Shown here piece after piece: positions 39,301-54,300 of a stretch of 64,000 nt of DNA. The number at the start of each line of letters is the position of its first letter. Positions within the stretch are counted from its first letter, which is position 1. The translations under genes were made by a program, and so were the position numbers. The notes under the pieces were generated by a model, which was not told where the DNA came from, ran no database searches, and worked only from the letters and a program-made list of their open reading frames with translations. The DNA comes from Balanoglossus misakiensis (lineage: Eukaryota > Animalia > Hemichordata). The stretch is from positions 5,875,319-5,939,318 of the forward strand of contig CM082594.2 of assembly GCA_040954595.2 (NCBI GenBank). Direction: 5' to 3'.

Positions 39301-42300
39301 CTTTGAACGCCTATCTGTCAAAATGTCATTTTCTCTCATTTCCCCCTTAATTTTAGACCAAGTGGACATACGTATCCACTGTCTTCAGGTCCTAATCAAA
39401 ATTGGAGAAAATATGCGGAAAAAGTTATGAGGGTTTTACATTTTTGAAAGATGACGACAAGTTAATATGGCGTTCAAAAGGTTAACATTATTATCGATCG
39501 ACGAGCCATTTCAGTAGTGCTGGAACTGAAAACATCACCGCGAAGACGGCCAGCTGCTTCTCTTTGACGAGGTCTTCGTTTGAAAAGATAGCTATGGACA
39601 GATATGTATATTAGCGAAAAAAGATGTTCCTCAGACTGTCATTTCAACATTCCTTTCAGCATTGTGCTGTAAGTTGCAAGCATCTCAGCACAGTTCTTAT
39701 AACCGACAAAAATACATGAAATCCGATTATGGATGTTGCATTTTGGCATGATGTCTCTACAGGACGTTTTAGTAAGCCTTCACAGAGAGTAAGTTGTGAA
39801 ATCCGTTTTAATGAGGGAAACAGACTTTATATGAACTTTGATCTGACATACAAACTCACCCATAATACATACAGGTGTTGCGTGTACCCGATGTCATATT
39901 GATAAATTTTTAATCTTTTAATAGACTCAACATAAATTCATATTTGACAGTCAAATGATATAATTTCGTACTTATAGTGACACAACAACAAACTATTTAC
40001 AAAACCATGTAGAGGAACCTAAAATAAAATATTGCACTCTTAAATGACAGACCAAAACTGAAAGATTATTCATCGATTTTCAGACATCCCCCACCCTCAA
40101 ACAGGAATAAAACGGAAGTCGCCCATTACCTCATTCCCAGTAGCTCACCGTCTGTCTCTGTAGACACGCATCCCAAGATGCCCTGCCGTGCAACCACTGC
40201 GACTGTCCACGTTTTATCACAAGGTGCGGGCAAGGTGATTGATGAATATAGGTATAAAGTACATACCTAATGATACTTACACATCAGCCAGGCTTGTCTT
40301 GGATCGGAACTATTTGGCAATGGAAAGCGGGTCATTTCCTTAACGCAGGCCTGTATCTCTCAAAGGATCACGTGCGCAAATTTGACAGATTGCTAAATCT
40401 AGCCACGCAAGCAACTCGAGGGTAATGTTGTAGCGCTACATGCAGATATCAGGCAAAAAAAATTTCGATGGTAAATGTATCTGCAAAAAAGTTTTATATT
40501 GAATATCAGAAAATTTGACCATCATAGTAAGCGCATGCGCATTACACGATTCCCTGCGTCACCTGCAGGGCGTCAACCACCAAATCAAATGCGAGATCTT
40601 CCTTAATTTGCCCGATCAGCCGCAAACGTGTCAGCCACAAATGGAAGTCGATGCTGCAGACAACAAAAACCGTATATTCCCATAGATGCCGAACAATGAT
40701 ATTCGTAAATCAATATTCTGAAGGTTAAACGTAGCGCTTTGATTCGCGATAATAATACGGTGCCGTGGCATAAGCAAAGAAGTCAAGATCAAAATTTGAT
40801 ATCATATTTCCGTTTCGCTTTGATTGGCTGGTAACAGACTTTTGAGCATGAAAACTATTTTCAAAAGTGGATGGTGGGATTATGCATGGACCAATTAACC
40901 CGCTTGGCTTCGAAAACTGTAATCTCATCGGTTCTGTGTAATCATATCGGGGCCGGTTGCAACACGAGTATATTTGGTTGATTGGTAATTGCCGCGATGA
41001 TGCGTGATGTAATCCGGTGAAAAATATGTTTTGGTAACCACAGCTTTTGAAATAGTTAATACATGTTCATCGAGTGAACAGCGTTCCTGAAATACCTTTC
41101 GGTGTGCGCGGTCGTCATCAACTAATCTTGCGCATGCTCTTGTGATAAAAGATGACCATCATACACACCTTCCGTCCCGCTTGTAGACACGAGAGTGAAA
41201 AATCTCGCCAAAATGAATAATCGGTCTCTACCATTTATTCGTTTTGGGTGAGATTTTACTCTCATATCATACAAGCGGGGTGGAAGTTGTGTGTGGTTTA
41301 ACGTTCATTCACTACATACATACACATGTACCTTAACATAAACGGTGTCTTGTATCAAACATAATTAATGGAAAATTGGCAGCGAGAGAGAGACTTTGTC
41401 CCTTTAATCACGCTTCTGAGATGTTAGCCACGTGACACTTTGGAAGACATTCACAAAGTGATTTTATTATCACGTGAATAACTTCCATATGTTGATATTT
41501 CCGCAGTGTTGTGGAAAACTCCCGTAAGTGGGAGTTACATGAAAAACGACAAGAGCTTGAGAAAACAATATCCCGATCTCCGATTAAATGTCCGCCGTTC
41601 CTTCCTGTCTCGCAATGTCCATTTCAAGTGAAATTAATCACGCCAGATAAATCAATCAAATGGGCGTTTTGCCAAGACTGACAGGATTAAATAGTTCGAC
41701 AAATGTTGCGTGTGCGGTTTTAATTTCCGATAATACTCATCGAAGGCAGTAAATGGACAGGTTCTGTAAAGTTGTTGATTAGCGGCGCGTTTATGGGGCC
41801 TTCTGATGATTTCATTCGAAGGACGATTAAGCATCTTCGCCACTTTGAGTTTAATGTGCTTGCGCGGTGAGACGCAATCAGCGGTACGATAATAACGACG
41901 GCACTTTTTTATCGGTTTCCTGTCTACCGCGTTCCCAAATAGCCGAATTAGGTATTTAATCATTCCCGTGCTTGGCCTATCAATCCTTCTCTGTATGTGA
42001 ATGCAAACGAGGAAGTAATGGGTAAAATCTAAATATAAAACGCAGAAAATTAAAAACCATGGGTGTATTATGTACACTCAATCTGACGGCATAGCCAATT
42101 GAAAATGACACTCTTAAATGTAACTTCAGATGAAGGGAGATTATTATGAATTGGCAAATTTGATGGTAACTGGTAGGGCTTCTGACATGTTTTAACCCTT
42201 GAATAACTATCCCAGTTTCACCTTCTTAAAATGTTTCCTCATCTGCCATATTCACATTCCGTCGACACGCTGGGCAGCTGATCTTTTCACCGCCCAGAAA

Positions 42301-45300
42301 TGGCTTTGATTTGTATAGTGGGTTACACTAACTTATCAAAGGCACTGTATCGATCTGCGCGGCCGTGTTCTCAACTAGGTCATACTGAGCACGGTTTTCG
42401 AGAGAGAGGAATATAATTGATCACATAAACAGCTGCAAGATTACGTCAAGAGGCTGAAATCACAATAATTTCATGGCCGGTGAGGTCACAAACCATTAAA
42501 GACCTTCGCGAGTATATCAAACCGTTAAACTCGGTCAGTCAGTCAGTCAGTCAGTCAGTGTTTTGTTTGTGTGCGTGTGTACATACGTACGTACGTCAGT
42601 GCTATGCTACCCTGGTGTATTTTGAAGTCATATCGATATACGCACATAATTATTTGACGCTACATTGAAAAACTTAAACTACGGAAACGCGTATTACACC
42701 AAGCGGAAAACATCTGATCCACCACAGAACTTTGAATGCATTACTGATTTTGATGAGACGATATATACAAAGAGGGACACTGAAGTGTACAATTCCAATG
42801 TATCATTATCACTTTTTTCATAATCCAATGGCTTTGGTATATTGCATTGGGGGGGGGGGGTTGTACAAGAGCGTGGGCTGAAAACAAAACAGAACTCCGA
42901 ATGGAAAGTAATGTACTGTTAGATTTCCCGTCAACCGTTAAGAGTTGCAGCAATTGACTGCGATATCCAAAAATCGTGGCGAGACGCCAATTTCCTGGCC
43001 GTGTCCAATAAAGAGGCTTCTTCACACGCGGAGCCTGCGATGCAGAAGGGAAATATTAGAAATCAATTGCGCGGAGGGGGCTGGGCTTAGTCAGGCATAT
43101 TAACACTTCCCCTATCACGTCGAGATTATCTCCGTAGACCGCACTCGGCGTTGAACACGTAGTGCATTCAAGCCCCTTTTCTATAGCACCAGGCTGTCGC
43201 CTCGAAAACGAAGTGAAACAGATATAACACGTCGATTTTCAGGATAAGAGAGTTGTTTGTGTCCCGCCACGCGTGAAACATCGCCAGCCGCCGAGAACAG
43301 ACACCGGAAAGACCGCTTGTGTGGAACTTTAGAACGTCCTAGATTGTTGTAGTTTGTTGAAATGCAAGTAGGCTGATGTCTAAGTCTTGCAAATAACTGT
43401 AGATGGACATAAAAATACTCGTTAAGGGAGAATCATTTTATTTCTTGGGGAGAGGGTGGAAGATTTTGGTATCAACAATTGTTTTAACCACTGTTACAGC
43501 GATTTTTTTATTCGATTATACTAGGCCACTTTTTCTTCAAGGCAAGACACTGCAGATGAAACAAGTGTTTTCCTCGGCACCATCTGCCAACAGTTTTTTC
43601 CCCCAAAACCCTCCATCCACCCCCAAAAATCAAATGGTTCCCTCCTTATTGAGCGTTGTTCATGCATAAAACGCAACCACTTTCACAATCAAAACTATTG
43701 AATACACTGGGACTAATTTCTTGATTATCTGACTTCGCTTCCCTCGCGAAACTTCCCCTAATGCATGCAACGATTTCAGAGTAACAACCTGTCGTCGAGG
43801 CAAAAAAATAAAAATAGAGTGACGCAGTCTCTTCTATTGATTTATATTTGTATCGAACGAGATTTGTGAAACACGTTTCTTCAATCAGCCGACTAAGGCC
43901 TGCCAACTTACCCGCGTCAAAATCAATCCCGTCACCCGCAAAGACCCATAGTCGTCAAAACGGTTTCTGTTATGATTCCGGTAAAAAAGATGCGTTGCTA
44001 TTCAACTGTTCAATAACAAAGTTTCGACTTAACAGTACAAGAACAGCGGAACAATCGACGATAACAGGTCTTCTTCTAGGAAGAGCACTTTGCTAAAATT
44101 AAACTTTGAAACGCCGAAGTTTTGTCACGTCATTGAAAACGCCTTGATGAGTAACAGCTGTGGAAATCTAACAAACGCATCGTCTTGAATAGGGATACAA
44201 ATCGTGGCATGCTATGAACTACTTTACGATGAGCTACGACAACTTGAATACACTTTGTTCAATGGTTCCATTCTTTCACAGGCCATGAATAACGTTGATA
44301 GTTTATTTTAGCAAATGATATCGCGTTTTAAGGACAGATGTGATGATCATTGTGGTTTTTTCTGAATTTTAACGAGACAAAATCTCTTAAGAGTAAAACT
44401 ACATGTATTTTCAACATCAGAAATGTTGTTTTGAGATCATAACAGCACTTACTATACAACTTATACAAACTGTTCTCATCTCCCAAACGACCAAGGTAGA
44501 ACACGCCTTTGCTGACTTGAGTAATACTTTCATTAGGTACATGTTGAGTTGTTGTAAATGCTACCTGTTGTCCCGAAGAACCGGCGAGGGATACCGTATT
44601 AATGACTTCACTCTTAAGTTTCAAACTGGAAACACCAGGTGTGTATTGCCCGTGAAACTGTAATACGGTGTGATACAAGACGTTCCGGTTGCGTTTGCTG
44701 GCAGCGTCGCGTACAAGCTTGGATACTGGATACAACGAAGAGAACATGTTTCGTTTTGGCAAACGGGGATCGTATGATCGTTAGAAATTCATGCCTTAAA
44801 ACGACGGGATTAAATTTACTAAGTTATTAATTTCTGAGATTTCGCTCATATTTCAACAGCATCCACCTATTCTCAAATCGTTTCAAATCTCATATTAATT
44901 TTCTTGGAAAACCCGTAATGTTAGATCAAGATAATCTTGAGCAAATTTTTGGTGCGACAAATGTTCTCTTCACAATGTCATTTACGGCCATTTTATTGTG
45001 ATTTAGAACTAAACGCACACAGACTAGATAATCCGCACAGATTTCATAACCGGGGAATAACAGACACCGTGGTATGTAATCTGTGTTACATCATCGACGT
45101 TGCAATATCCGGTACAGTCTCTCATTCGCCTGAAAAAAACCCGTAATATTCCTTTAAATTGCTACTCGGAGCTCGAGGCACACCCGTGACGTAACGATTT
45201 TTGAAGCGATCGGATTGCGAGACCCAGATGCCTGAATTGGCCATCTGCAAAGGTCGACCTGTTGTCAGTTGTGGGCTGTACGTCACGGTTTCCGCGCTGA

Positions 45301-48300
45301 CTCATTGGCCAGAAACTCTTGCTGCGGTTTTTGTCTCTCAGCGGGGAGCTCTGAAGGTACATCGCTCTACCGGCTCACAGGAGCACGAAAGTGCAAACAT
45401 AATTTATTAATCTGCACGATGTGGTCGGTCAGAAACGAGTCGCCCAGGCGCGTGAAACAAGAACCAGATCTTGTCACGCTGTTCCCATTACCTCTCTTGT
45501 TCTCGTCAAAACACGAGTGTTCAGCACGTTCTTTATTACACTGTCGGTCACTGGTTCAACGTTAAAACTGTATCTGTAAAACATTAGCGCTTTTGCAATT
45601 AACGTCTCTAGACTGTGAACACCTTGCAAGGTTTCAAAGTTTTACGCCTGTGATGGTCACTTGTGACGCATTCGCATCTTGCCTGGCGATAATATTAGAT
45701 TGTACTCTATTAGGTTCGTTAAAGATTTTCGAAACTACATTTAAATTCAGGTTATCAGGCTACAACTTTTGTTTTACCAAAAGGGAATTTGACTTGATAG
45801 TTTAATGAATACTATTATTGTCTGTAAAGGGCATTTGCCAAGAAATGTGAAATGTTAAAGGTTGATTTGGATTAATCGTGACGATTTCTCCCTGCTTTGG
45901 GGTAAAACGATATCTCTGGAAGCCACTAGGGAACATTATTTATTTATTTCTGTACAATTGGGAAAAAAATCAGGACAGGGTCGGATTTTGCCCAGACAGA
46001 CACAGGGGACCAGTTACATCGTTAAGTAATCGGCATTTCTCGTGACGCTTCTGCCCACCGTTTGCAATTAATGACATTTCCCTGAGCGTTTACCTGCTCG
46101 ATTCTGCTCGCGCTAAGCCGACACGCGCTGAAGGACCACGCTGTCGCGTACGCCCAAAATAGCAACGACCCAATGGCATTGACCGTCGATTGCGCCAATT
46201 TGAACTTAATGGGATCTTGCATCCTCGTTTTTTGCTGTGACATTTATATGTTACACTGATTGATGTAGCGAACGAGCCCGCGGTGGGTAGGCGAGGTACA
46301 TGTAGGCGTCGCCAGACATGACGTCTGGGCAGCCGACATGATGTGTGAAGTGTGTGAAATGTCGCACAGTGCTCTGCCAAATTACAGCGAAATGTGTGAA
46401 AATTCAATCAACACCTTCTTTAAGAAAAGACAGGGTACCCCGTGCCTATACGGCTCGTCCAATGACCCCTTGTCTACACACGGCCGTACTTTGTCAACTT
46501 ATATGCTTATGTGCAATTTGTTATTTTTACCGAGTTACACAGTGAACATAGAAGTTTGTCGGAGCCAATAATGGTTACACAGGTGAATAAATATTTGAAG
46601 TGTAAACTGCTGACAGTTAACGAAATTCTCAATGCCTGTCATACACAGTACGTTATTATGAAAGAACAGCGAGAAATGCCAGCTGAAAAATTGAATTCCG
46701 ACCCAGCACCATTACAAGGCGGCGGATGTGTACTAGTTTCATATGAAAATGCCTTAAACGTGTCGCGTTGCAAAAATTTACATCGTGTGCGTATATAAGT
46801 CCAAATCATTGATCCGAATTTACCGTTAAAATTGTCCGAGTCAGTATATAAATTGAAAACATTAATTTCATTGTTTGGACCATAGGTATGACAATGCTTC
46901 ATGAAACACTGAAATTTAAAACGCTTTTAACTGAGTCAAGAAAATCGGCGTTGTTCCTGTAAGCAAGTACAGCATACATGTACTTAGTAATAGACTCCAG
47001 ACTCTCGACCGAAGTTAATTGCAGTGATGTTATAGCGATGTGTAACGGGAGAACGGGGACCCAATTATATTCTCTGTCTAAGAGGGGCTTTTAGTTCTTT
47101 AAATACAGATGAGTTGTCCTTAAATACACTTGCTGTGGTTAAGTGACTGGTATTATATAAAATACCGGTAATAACGGTTCGCTTGAAGGGTAAGCGGATG
47201 TCTGTGTTGTTTAGTAATGTCTCCTTTGAATTCTTGCCGATTGCCCGGATGTTAGAGGGTGTACTGCCGTTGTTTTCTGTTTTCTTGGGGGGGGGAGAGA
47301 GAGACGAGCAGGGAAGACACTGCACCAGGGTTCATATTACGATGTGATTTATCTGAGTGCTTTCCACGCGAGACATTGCACTGCTGTAGGAAAATACCGT
47401 GCTGTACTCCCTTATTCAAGAGTGATGCAACGTTATTCTGTAACTATCTCTTGATATTCATTTGAAAGGAGCAACGAACGCTCGGGCTTATTTTTTTATC
47501 AGCGCAATGCAATTTATATTAATGAAACAAACCTGGCTGGCAAAGGCTTGCCGTGAGGACTCAATCATTATTGCTTTTTAAATAATTGAATCTATAATAA
47601 AGATACCGGGAGGAGTTTTTTGGGGATTGGAAGGAGATAACTGCTTTTAAAGTACCGTGCATTACCCTTTGAAGTAAGCCCAACACTTAACTATAAGTTG
47701 CACATCGCCCGATTTGGTGCTTTTCGTAAAACTGTTAGCTTATACTGTCTTCACTGTGAACAGGGTGTGGTTAGGTGCAATCTCAGTACCGCATTGCAGA
47801 ATCAGTCACGACTGAATGATCAATGATTACTACGTCATGCGCCAAGTGTCGCCATGGCACCCAGGAATTCACCCCGAAGTATTTTTCATTTCATTATTAA
47901 TAATGGCCGCCGTATGGTGAAACTTCTTGTAGAACACATGGGAGTTTGTTTTGCAAGAATTCTTTTGCGAGAGTTTGTCTGCCTAGTTTGGGGCGGATTG
48001 TGTGTGTATATATGTACGTACGTACATGTATGTATGTGTGTTAGATGGTAGCCTTTATGTAATAAATCATTCAACTTTTCATCAAGTCCACCTCCGCCAC
48101 CATCAAACGATTCCCTCAATAATTCCATCGACAGGCACAATATTGAAGCGTCGTTATGATTGTGGCCACATGGGGTGTACATCACCTACTATTGAGCGAA
48201 ACATATTTCAGCGTGTATGGCAACTTCCGTCTGAGCCATCGGTGAACCCCCAGCGACCACTTGGGTGAATCCACACAGACATCGGCTCGTCACGCGGCCA

Positions 48301-51300
48301 TAAATAATATTCCCGACCGCCATTTGTTGAGATCACAACGTTGAAAATTCCATTAAATTGCCCCGCGGGCCAGATGGCACCACTAATTGCGTCATAAAAC
48401 CCGCGACATCAATTACGCGAACACTATTCTCGCACGAGGTGACATTTGATCTCTTAGTGAAATTTCACATGACGTGAATTATGGTTCATGACGTGAAGAG
48501 GGAGAGAGGCATCTTCAAGATTTCTTCTTGGCAAAGCGACATTGCTGAGAGATGTGATCTCCTGTGTTTACTCTCTCATCCTAACCAAACCAAACCAAAC
48601 CAAATAAACCAAGCCAAACCAAACCAAAACAAAAGTCGTTTTATCACACTGGACAGCCTTAGTACATACATGTACATGGCGATACCAGAAAAGGATGTTT
48701 GGGGTATGCAAGGTTTAGGGGTCACGAAGATGACCTATTAAAAACATAAACAGCCATCGATGTTCCAATATCGTGTGATGCAAACTTGCCACACGACGTA
48801 ATGATGTCAACGCGCGTAGCTGTGGGGGAAATTCTTGGAGAAAATCAAACGTCAACAATAATTATAACCCATGCCTGTTGAACCAATATCAATTAGTATC
48901 AGTATCAACCAGCATCAATTTATTCTACTCAACATTACTGCACACAATATGTAATCTCTATAATTGTACATCATTTTGAGCGAATATTGCGCCTATATTT
49001 GATGTGAATAGGTTCAGCCCCCCCCCCCCTCCCGCCTGTGGAACTCATAAACTAATGACAAGTGTACGCGCGTCTTAATCTGCAAAGATTTTAGAGTCAG
49101 TATCTCCATCTTCGTATTGAAGATTTTACTTCTCTTTAAGTGGTAGATGGTTTATCTAATGAACGTAAAATTCAAGTCTCTCTTTGTGGCAGGCAGCGCC
49201 TTGGCAAAAAAAGCCGCATCGAAAATAACCCTTAATGGGTATGTGAACGGACTAAAAGCATTTATTTTTTTCCCCAGCCAAAGAAAGGAATCAAAGATTT
49301 TCAGTGTAAGAGCTCCCCGCGATTATCGATCCATCTATCTTTACGGCCTGGCGTGCCCAGATTAGTATCATGCTCTTTCATTTTCTGCTCGTATTTATAG
49401 CCATAATGAAACTCAAATTTGGCCACGAGCAGCGTTTATCATCATTCGGCTCGCCCGCGAACTGGCAGAGTGAGACCGCAATATGCACGCACTCAACATG
49501 AATTTATATTACCAGATCCGCGGACTGTTACTCATAAAACCTGATGATCTATGGGCAGAGGAAGATTGAAAAGGCTGATCTCCGTCTTTGATTTATCAAC
49601 GTTAAGGAGAAAATGCCCCCTTTTCCTTTCTAATCTCTTGTATGTATTTCCTCCACGTGTGCTGCATTCAAATAATTCCACTTTGATTCATGGGAAGGGC
49701 GCATTCCGTTAAAGCTAAGGGGTCAGTCATACTACAGGCTATCAAAATATACGCGGGGCATAGCAAACTTTGCTGGTCTGGGTGATGGGGTCACGTAGTT
49801 CCCAACAGTTCTTACTTCACATTTTGAACACTTTCAACCGAACAAAAACATCGCATGAACATACACAGAAATTACTAAGCTGTCGTGTCTTTCAATACTG
49901 TTACAATTACAGCAGGTCGCGTTCAAAGCACAGGACTACACACGACCAATCAGAATTCGTCTTACAACGATTAGTAGGTACAACTCATACGCATGCGTGA
50001 TAAAACGCGCACGGAAATCAAAATGGCGTCGAGTGTGGGCCCTTTCATCGAAGCTATCGAGTCGCCAAATACATCGAACAACCTGCAACACAGCCTGAAC
50101 TCGAGGACACTCTCCACCAGTTGGATGTTAAAGTTAGTCTTTAAATGTACATTGGTATGCGAAAAACCGCAGTGAATGTATTTGAAGGTCTACATTTATC
50201 AAATGTAAATGTAAATTGAAAATGATATAGCGTTAAACTGGAACTTGAATGTCATGATCATATTTCGTTCGCCGAAAAAAAGTCAATAACGAGCGATATT
50301 TGTGAGAAAAAAAACAATTTCCAATGTACATTCACATTGATCGATTTTTCCCCCTACTTCGTAATATAGAAATTAACAGCGGCGCCTTCAAAGCGCCTGC
50401 ACTGAAAGTGTTGAAACCTCAACCGTGTGGAAAACCAGGCAGAGCAAAATGGAACAGGTCACGCATGTGTTTGACATAGTTCTCTGGTAGTTTATAAATG
50501 CATGTACCCCGTCATATAAATGGCGCCTTCGCGCGCACGTGGGGACTTGTCATCGATAGCGCGATTACCAGCTGCATCGGACCCGCAGGCCACGCTATTA
50601 AAGACGTGCAAAACGCGAGTCGATCTTCTGCTGCAAATCGAATCAGCGCGGTTAACACTGCAAACAGACGCGCATGTCAATTGTTATTACTCACGGCCGA
50701 ACGACACATTTTTACACAATTCAATCGGCAACCGTACCGAACAAAGTAAACGCTCCAAACCCCTAGCATTTTCAAATACCAACTCAAGCGAAAATAATTT
50801 CGAATCGGTAGTAAAACGTCTTGCAGCTTAAATCCATAGCATGTTTAATCCCCTCTTTTACAATAAATCGATTTTCAGTTACAAAGAACCGATTAAATCA
50901 ACCGATTAATATTTACCACTGCGGTGTTAAATGCGAGCTTTGTAAACGTATATTTGTTCCCAGCCGACTCTCTTGAACGTAACCGCGAACATATTGTTGA
51001 TTTGAAATTTCTTGTCACGATCCCTTCCACTGAATGGTTTTTCCCAGAAAACTTTCACACTCGCGTGCGCTATAATTCGAACTGTAATGCAATATATGAT
51101 ATTTCCATATCAATTTGCGTAACTCACTGGGCATATTTGTTGAAATTATCCACGCTTTCTGCTATTAGTTGCCGGGAAATTTCATTTGACCCCAGTTGTC
51201 AGTTTACGCTCCGTCGGACGCGGTGCAAATGTGGCAATCTTCCGCATTGGCAGATTTTCCAGGGAGTGTAATGGTGGTTACCGAGGCAACCTGGCTGTTC

Positions 51301-54300
51301 ACTCTTGCCGAAATAATGCAACCCGGGGCCAATGTACATAACATTCTTAGCCGGATGTATAATCTACTTTAGGAACTTTAAAACACCTTAAACTAGGTCC
51401 TGCGCAAAAATCCGTGTCTGATGTGTAGACACGCTGAGCGTGACAGGTTACTTTTTACAAACACCAGAAAGAGTTTGAATAATTTGATAAAGCTGCGCAA
51501 CCGAGATTCTTGTGCAATGGCAAAGTTTTTGTGTCCAAGGTTTGGAGAGAATGCAAACAGCGACGGCGGCGGCAACAACAACAACAACAGCAGCATCAAA
51601 AACAACGAGAAAACCACGTTGATCATAGGCATATTAAGGGGAATATCACGTACTCCATAACCTTACATATAGAATTTCGAGGAACTTCTGTTGTAAAATT
51701 GTCATGTTCTTGAAATTTTCTCAAAAGGTTCTGAGAGAGAAGCTTATAAAGGAAACACTAATGTAACTATGCTTGTTTTCGCGATACTTTCCCATATTTG
51801 AAACCCTCTATCTACAAAACACTCTGTTGTGTTTTCGTGATTTTAAAAAGTTCGTTGAATAAGTATAGCGTCACGTTGATAGTGCTACAGACAACATAGG
51901 CGTGAGTGAGTGCGTAAATGGGAATACACGTATTTCTATTGCCCTTCTTGAAAAATCTGTTGGCGACGCATTGTATAGTTTTGAAGACCACTGCAGCCAG
52001 CAGCTACTTGGATAGTAAAACTACTAGTATCTAAAAAGTGAATGATTGATCACACATGCACAGTTTAATAATGGCGAGCCTGGAACAAGCACAAGAAATT
52101 AAGCAAAACAAACCACATGAAGTGACTGTAAAATTGATATAAAACATGTACAAAGGAAAGTGCCTGGTCACAACAATTAAGGAATGGCTGTGTATAAGTG
52201 CGCGTTGCAACGTCACCCATATACTGGTGTTGGAATCAAGTCGCAGGGCCGGAGCTTGGATTACCATGGTAATACGTAATCCCATAACATTTGAATGGAG
52301 ATTGGAAAGTTTCTTTTTTCAATCTATAGCCACCAAATGAGATTCTGCGGAGAGGGCCGGCCAATATTTCGGCGCCACTTAAAGCGGCACGAAACAGAAC
52401 TAGCACGCGTGCTCGCAGACTTGGCCAATTCCGTGGTCATTTTCGTTCATTTCGATGTAACGATAATCGTAATAGGCACCTTCTGACGGCGGTGCATCCG
52501 ATCCATTGACGGACAACTCAATAATTGGCTGCAGCTTTGCGTATTACGTATCTATTTGCCAGGAAATTTGCAATTAAAGGAAAAAAGGAGCCACTCGCCG
52601 AAATTATTAATTGGTTTCCCGTAATGCCTATTTCCTTCAATATGTTCTTTCCCTTCGTTTCACTCAGGCGATGACGATATTATACATGTTATGACCACCG
52701 GTGTACATAAATGGGGAGGGGGAGGAGGAGGAGGAGGAGGAGGAGAGAGAGAGAGAGAGAGACACAGAAAGAGAGATCATTTACCCTGAATAGAAAGGGA
52801 ATCATCGGAAATCGCTTTGCTTGGGCAAACAACATGCTTGTGTGAGCATTACATAGCAGTTTGATGCCTTTATTCACTTGTTTAAAATTTCATGGTGGTT
52901 CAGACCTGTATAGAGACTACGCGATTTAAGTGACTGCACACATGTTACCCTTGTGTTCAACTCCAGTCACAAATTAGTGCGTGTGACAATTTCTTTCGTA
53001 TAGGTTGGCCTTATCAAACCGCCGCATGCTAAAATAAATTAATAAAGCCTTCCTCCATGGACGAGACACTAACATGATTTAATCAGTTTTAGTTATTAAT
53101 TTCTACCAAAACATTTCTGGTGTGTGCACATGGTACTCCAAAGTCAGAGAACGTGGACAAAATGAAACTGACGACATTTATTTTGTTTATGTTTCAGTCA
53201 TCGTCATATGTGCCTCCGCCGACGAAGTCAGAGAAATCATGCTCCACGCGTTCGACCACGGGATGATCAACGGCGAGTATGCCTTCTTCAACATCGAGCT
53301 CTACAGGGACCCGAAGTACGGCGAGTATCCGTGGAAACGCAACGACGAGCGGGACGACGACGCCAAGAAGGCGTACGAAGCGCTGATGACGGTGACGCTG
53401 CTGCAGCCGTCCAGCCCGGAGTACATGGAGTTCTCCAACCAGGTGAAGAGCCGCGCCAAGTCCAACTACAATTTCACCTACGAAGATGACGTGGTGAGAA
53501 CACAAATTCTATTAGCCATTCTCTTCACCATTGCACGCTATATTCTTGTACCCCTTTGGACAACAATGCATTGCGGTTATGACGTCATCTTTGTGCAAAA
53601 TCGGCCATTTTTCTTTTGCATTGTTATGGCCATATGTGAGTTGTACACCCGTTTATTATCTTATTCAAAACTGTGCACGCATACTGATATTTGCATGCAC
53701 ATCTATAAGTAAGTTCATTGAACTAAATTCTTGTTTGAAAGTCAAAATCACTCAAATAATCCAACAAAGAGATTGCAACGCAAGGGCCTTTAAAACATGC
53801 GTGCATCCGGTTTGATAGACACCAGTGAACTTAATCAAGGAGAGGCCAAGGCATTTGATTAATTGAACGAGCAAAATCATGGCCTCTAGTACAACATACT
53901 GTGTTCAGGGTTACAGGTCCTCGCTATTTTCAACATGAAAGCAAATGCGAACGTGAAGATTGCTCCAAAGTTAGTTTGTGTCAATAGGAACAGAGAAAAG
54001 ACGATAATTTGTAAAGAAGAGTTTATCTAAGGATTACATGGTTATTGCAGCTACTCGCAAATAAAAAAGGACCAATGAAGGTCAAGACATTAACTCGAGG
54101 GAAAATTCATTAAGAGCAATCAAAAGACGAAACTGGCCGATTTGAAGCGGTTTGATTTTTTTGACATTAGGACAAAAACACCGGTCGGTAGTAACATGTG
54201 ACCAATATATTATCGTCTACAGCTTAACTGAAAATCGACAATCTATGACAGCCCTAAGGCATTTCACATGACTATTTCTGTGATCGATTGCATCGTTACT

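Noticed and set aside
45201-45410. ORF with PVVS..LTHW words (and IGPA at 50498-50749) as a decayed third variable exon
   Set aside because: Motif order and spacing do not match exons 1a/1b; no GC3 bias or matching donor; consistent with chance.
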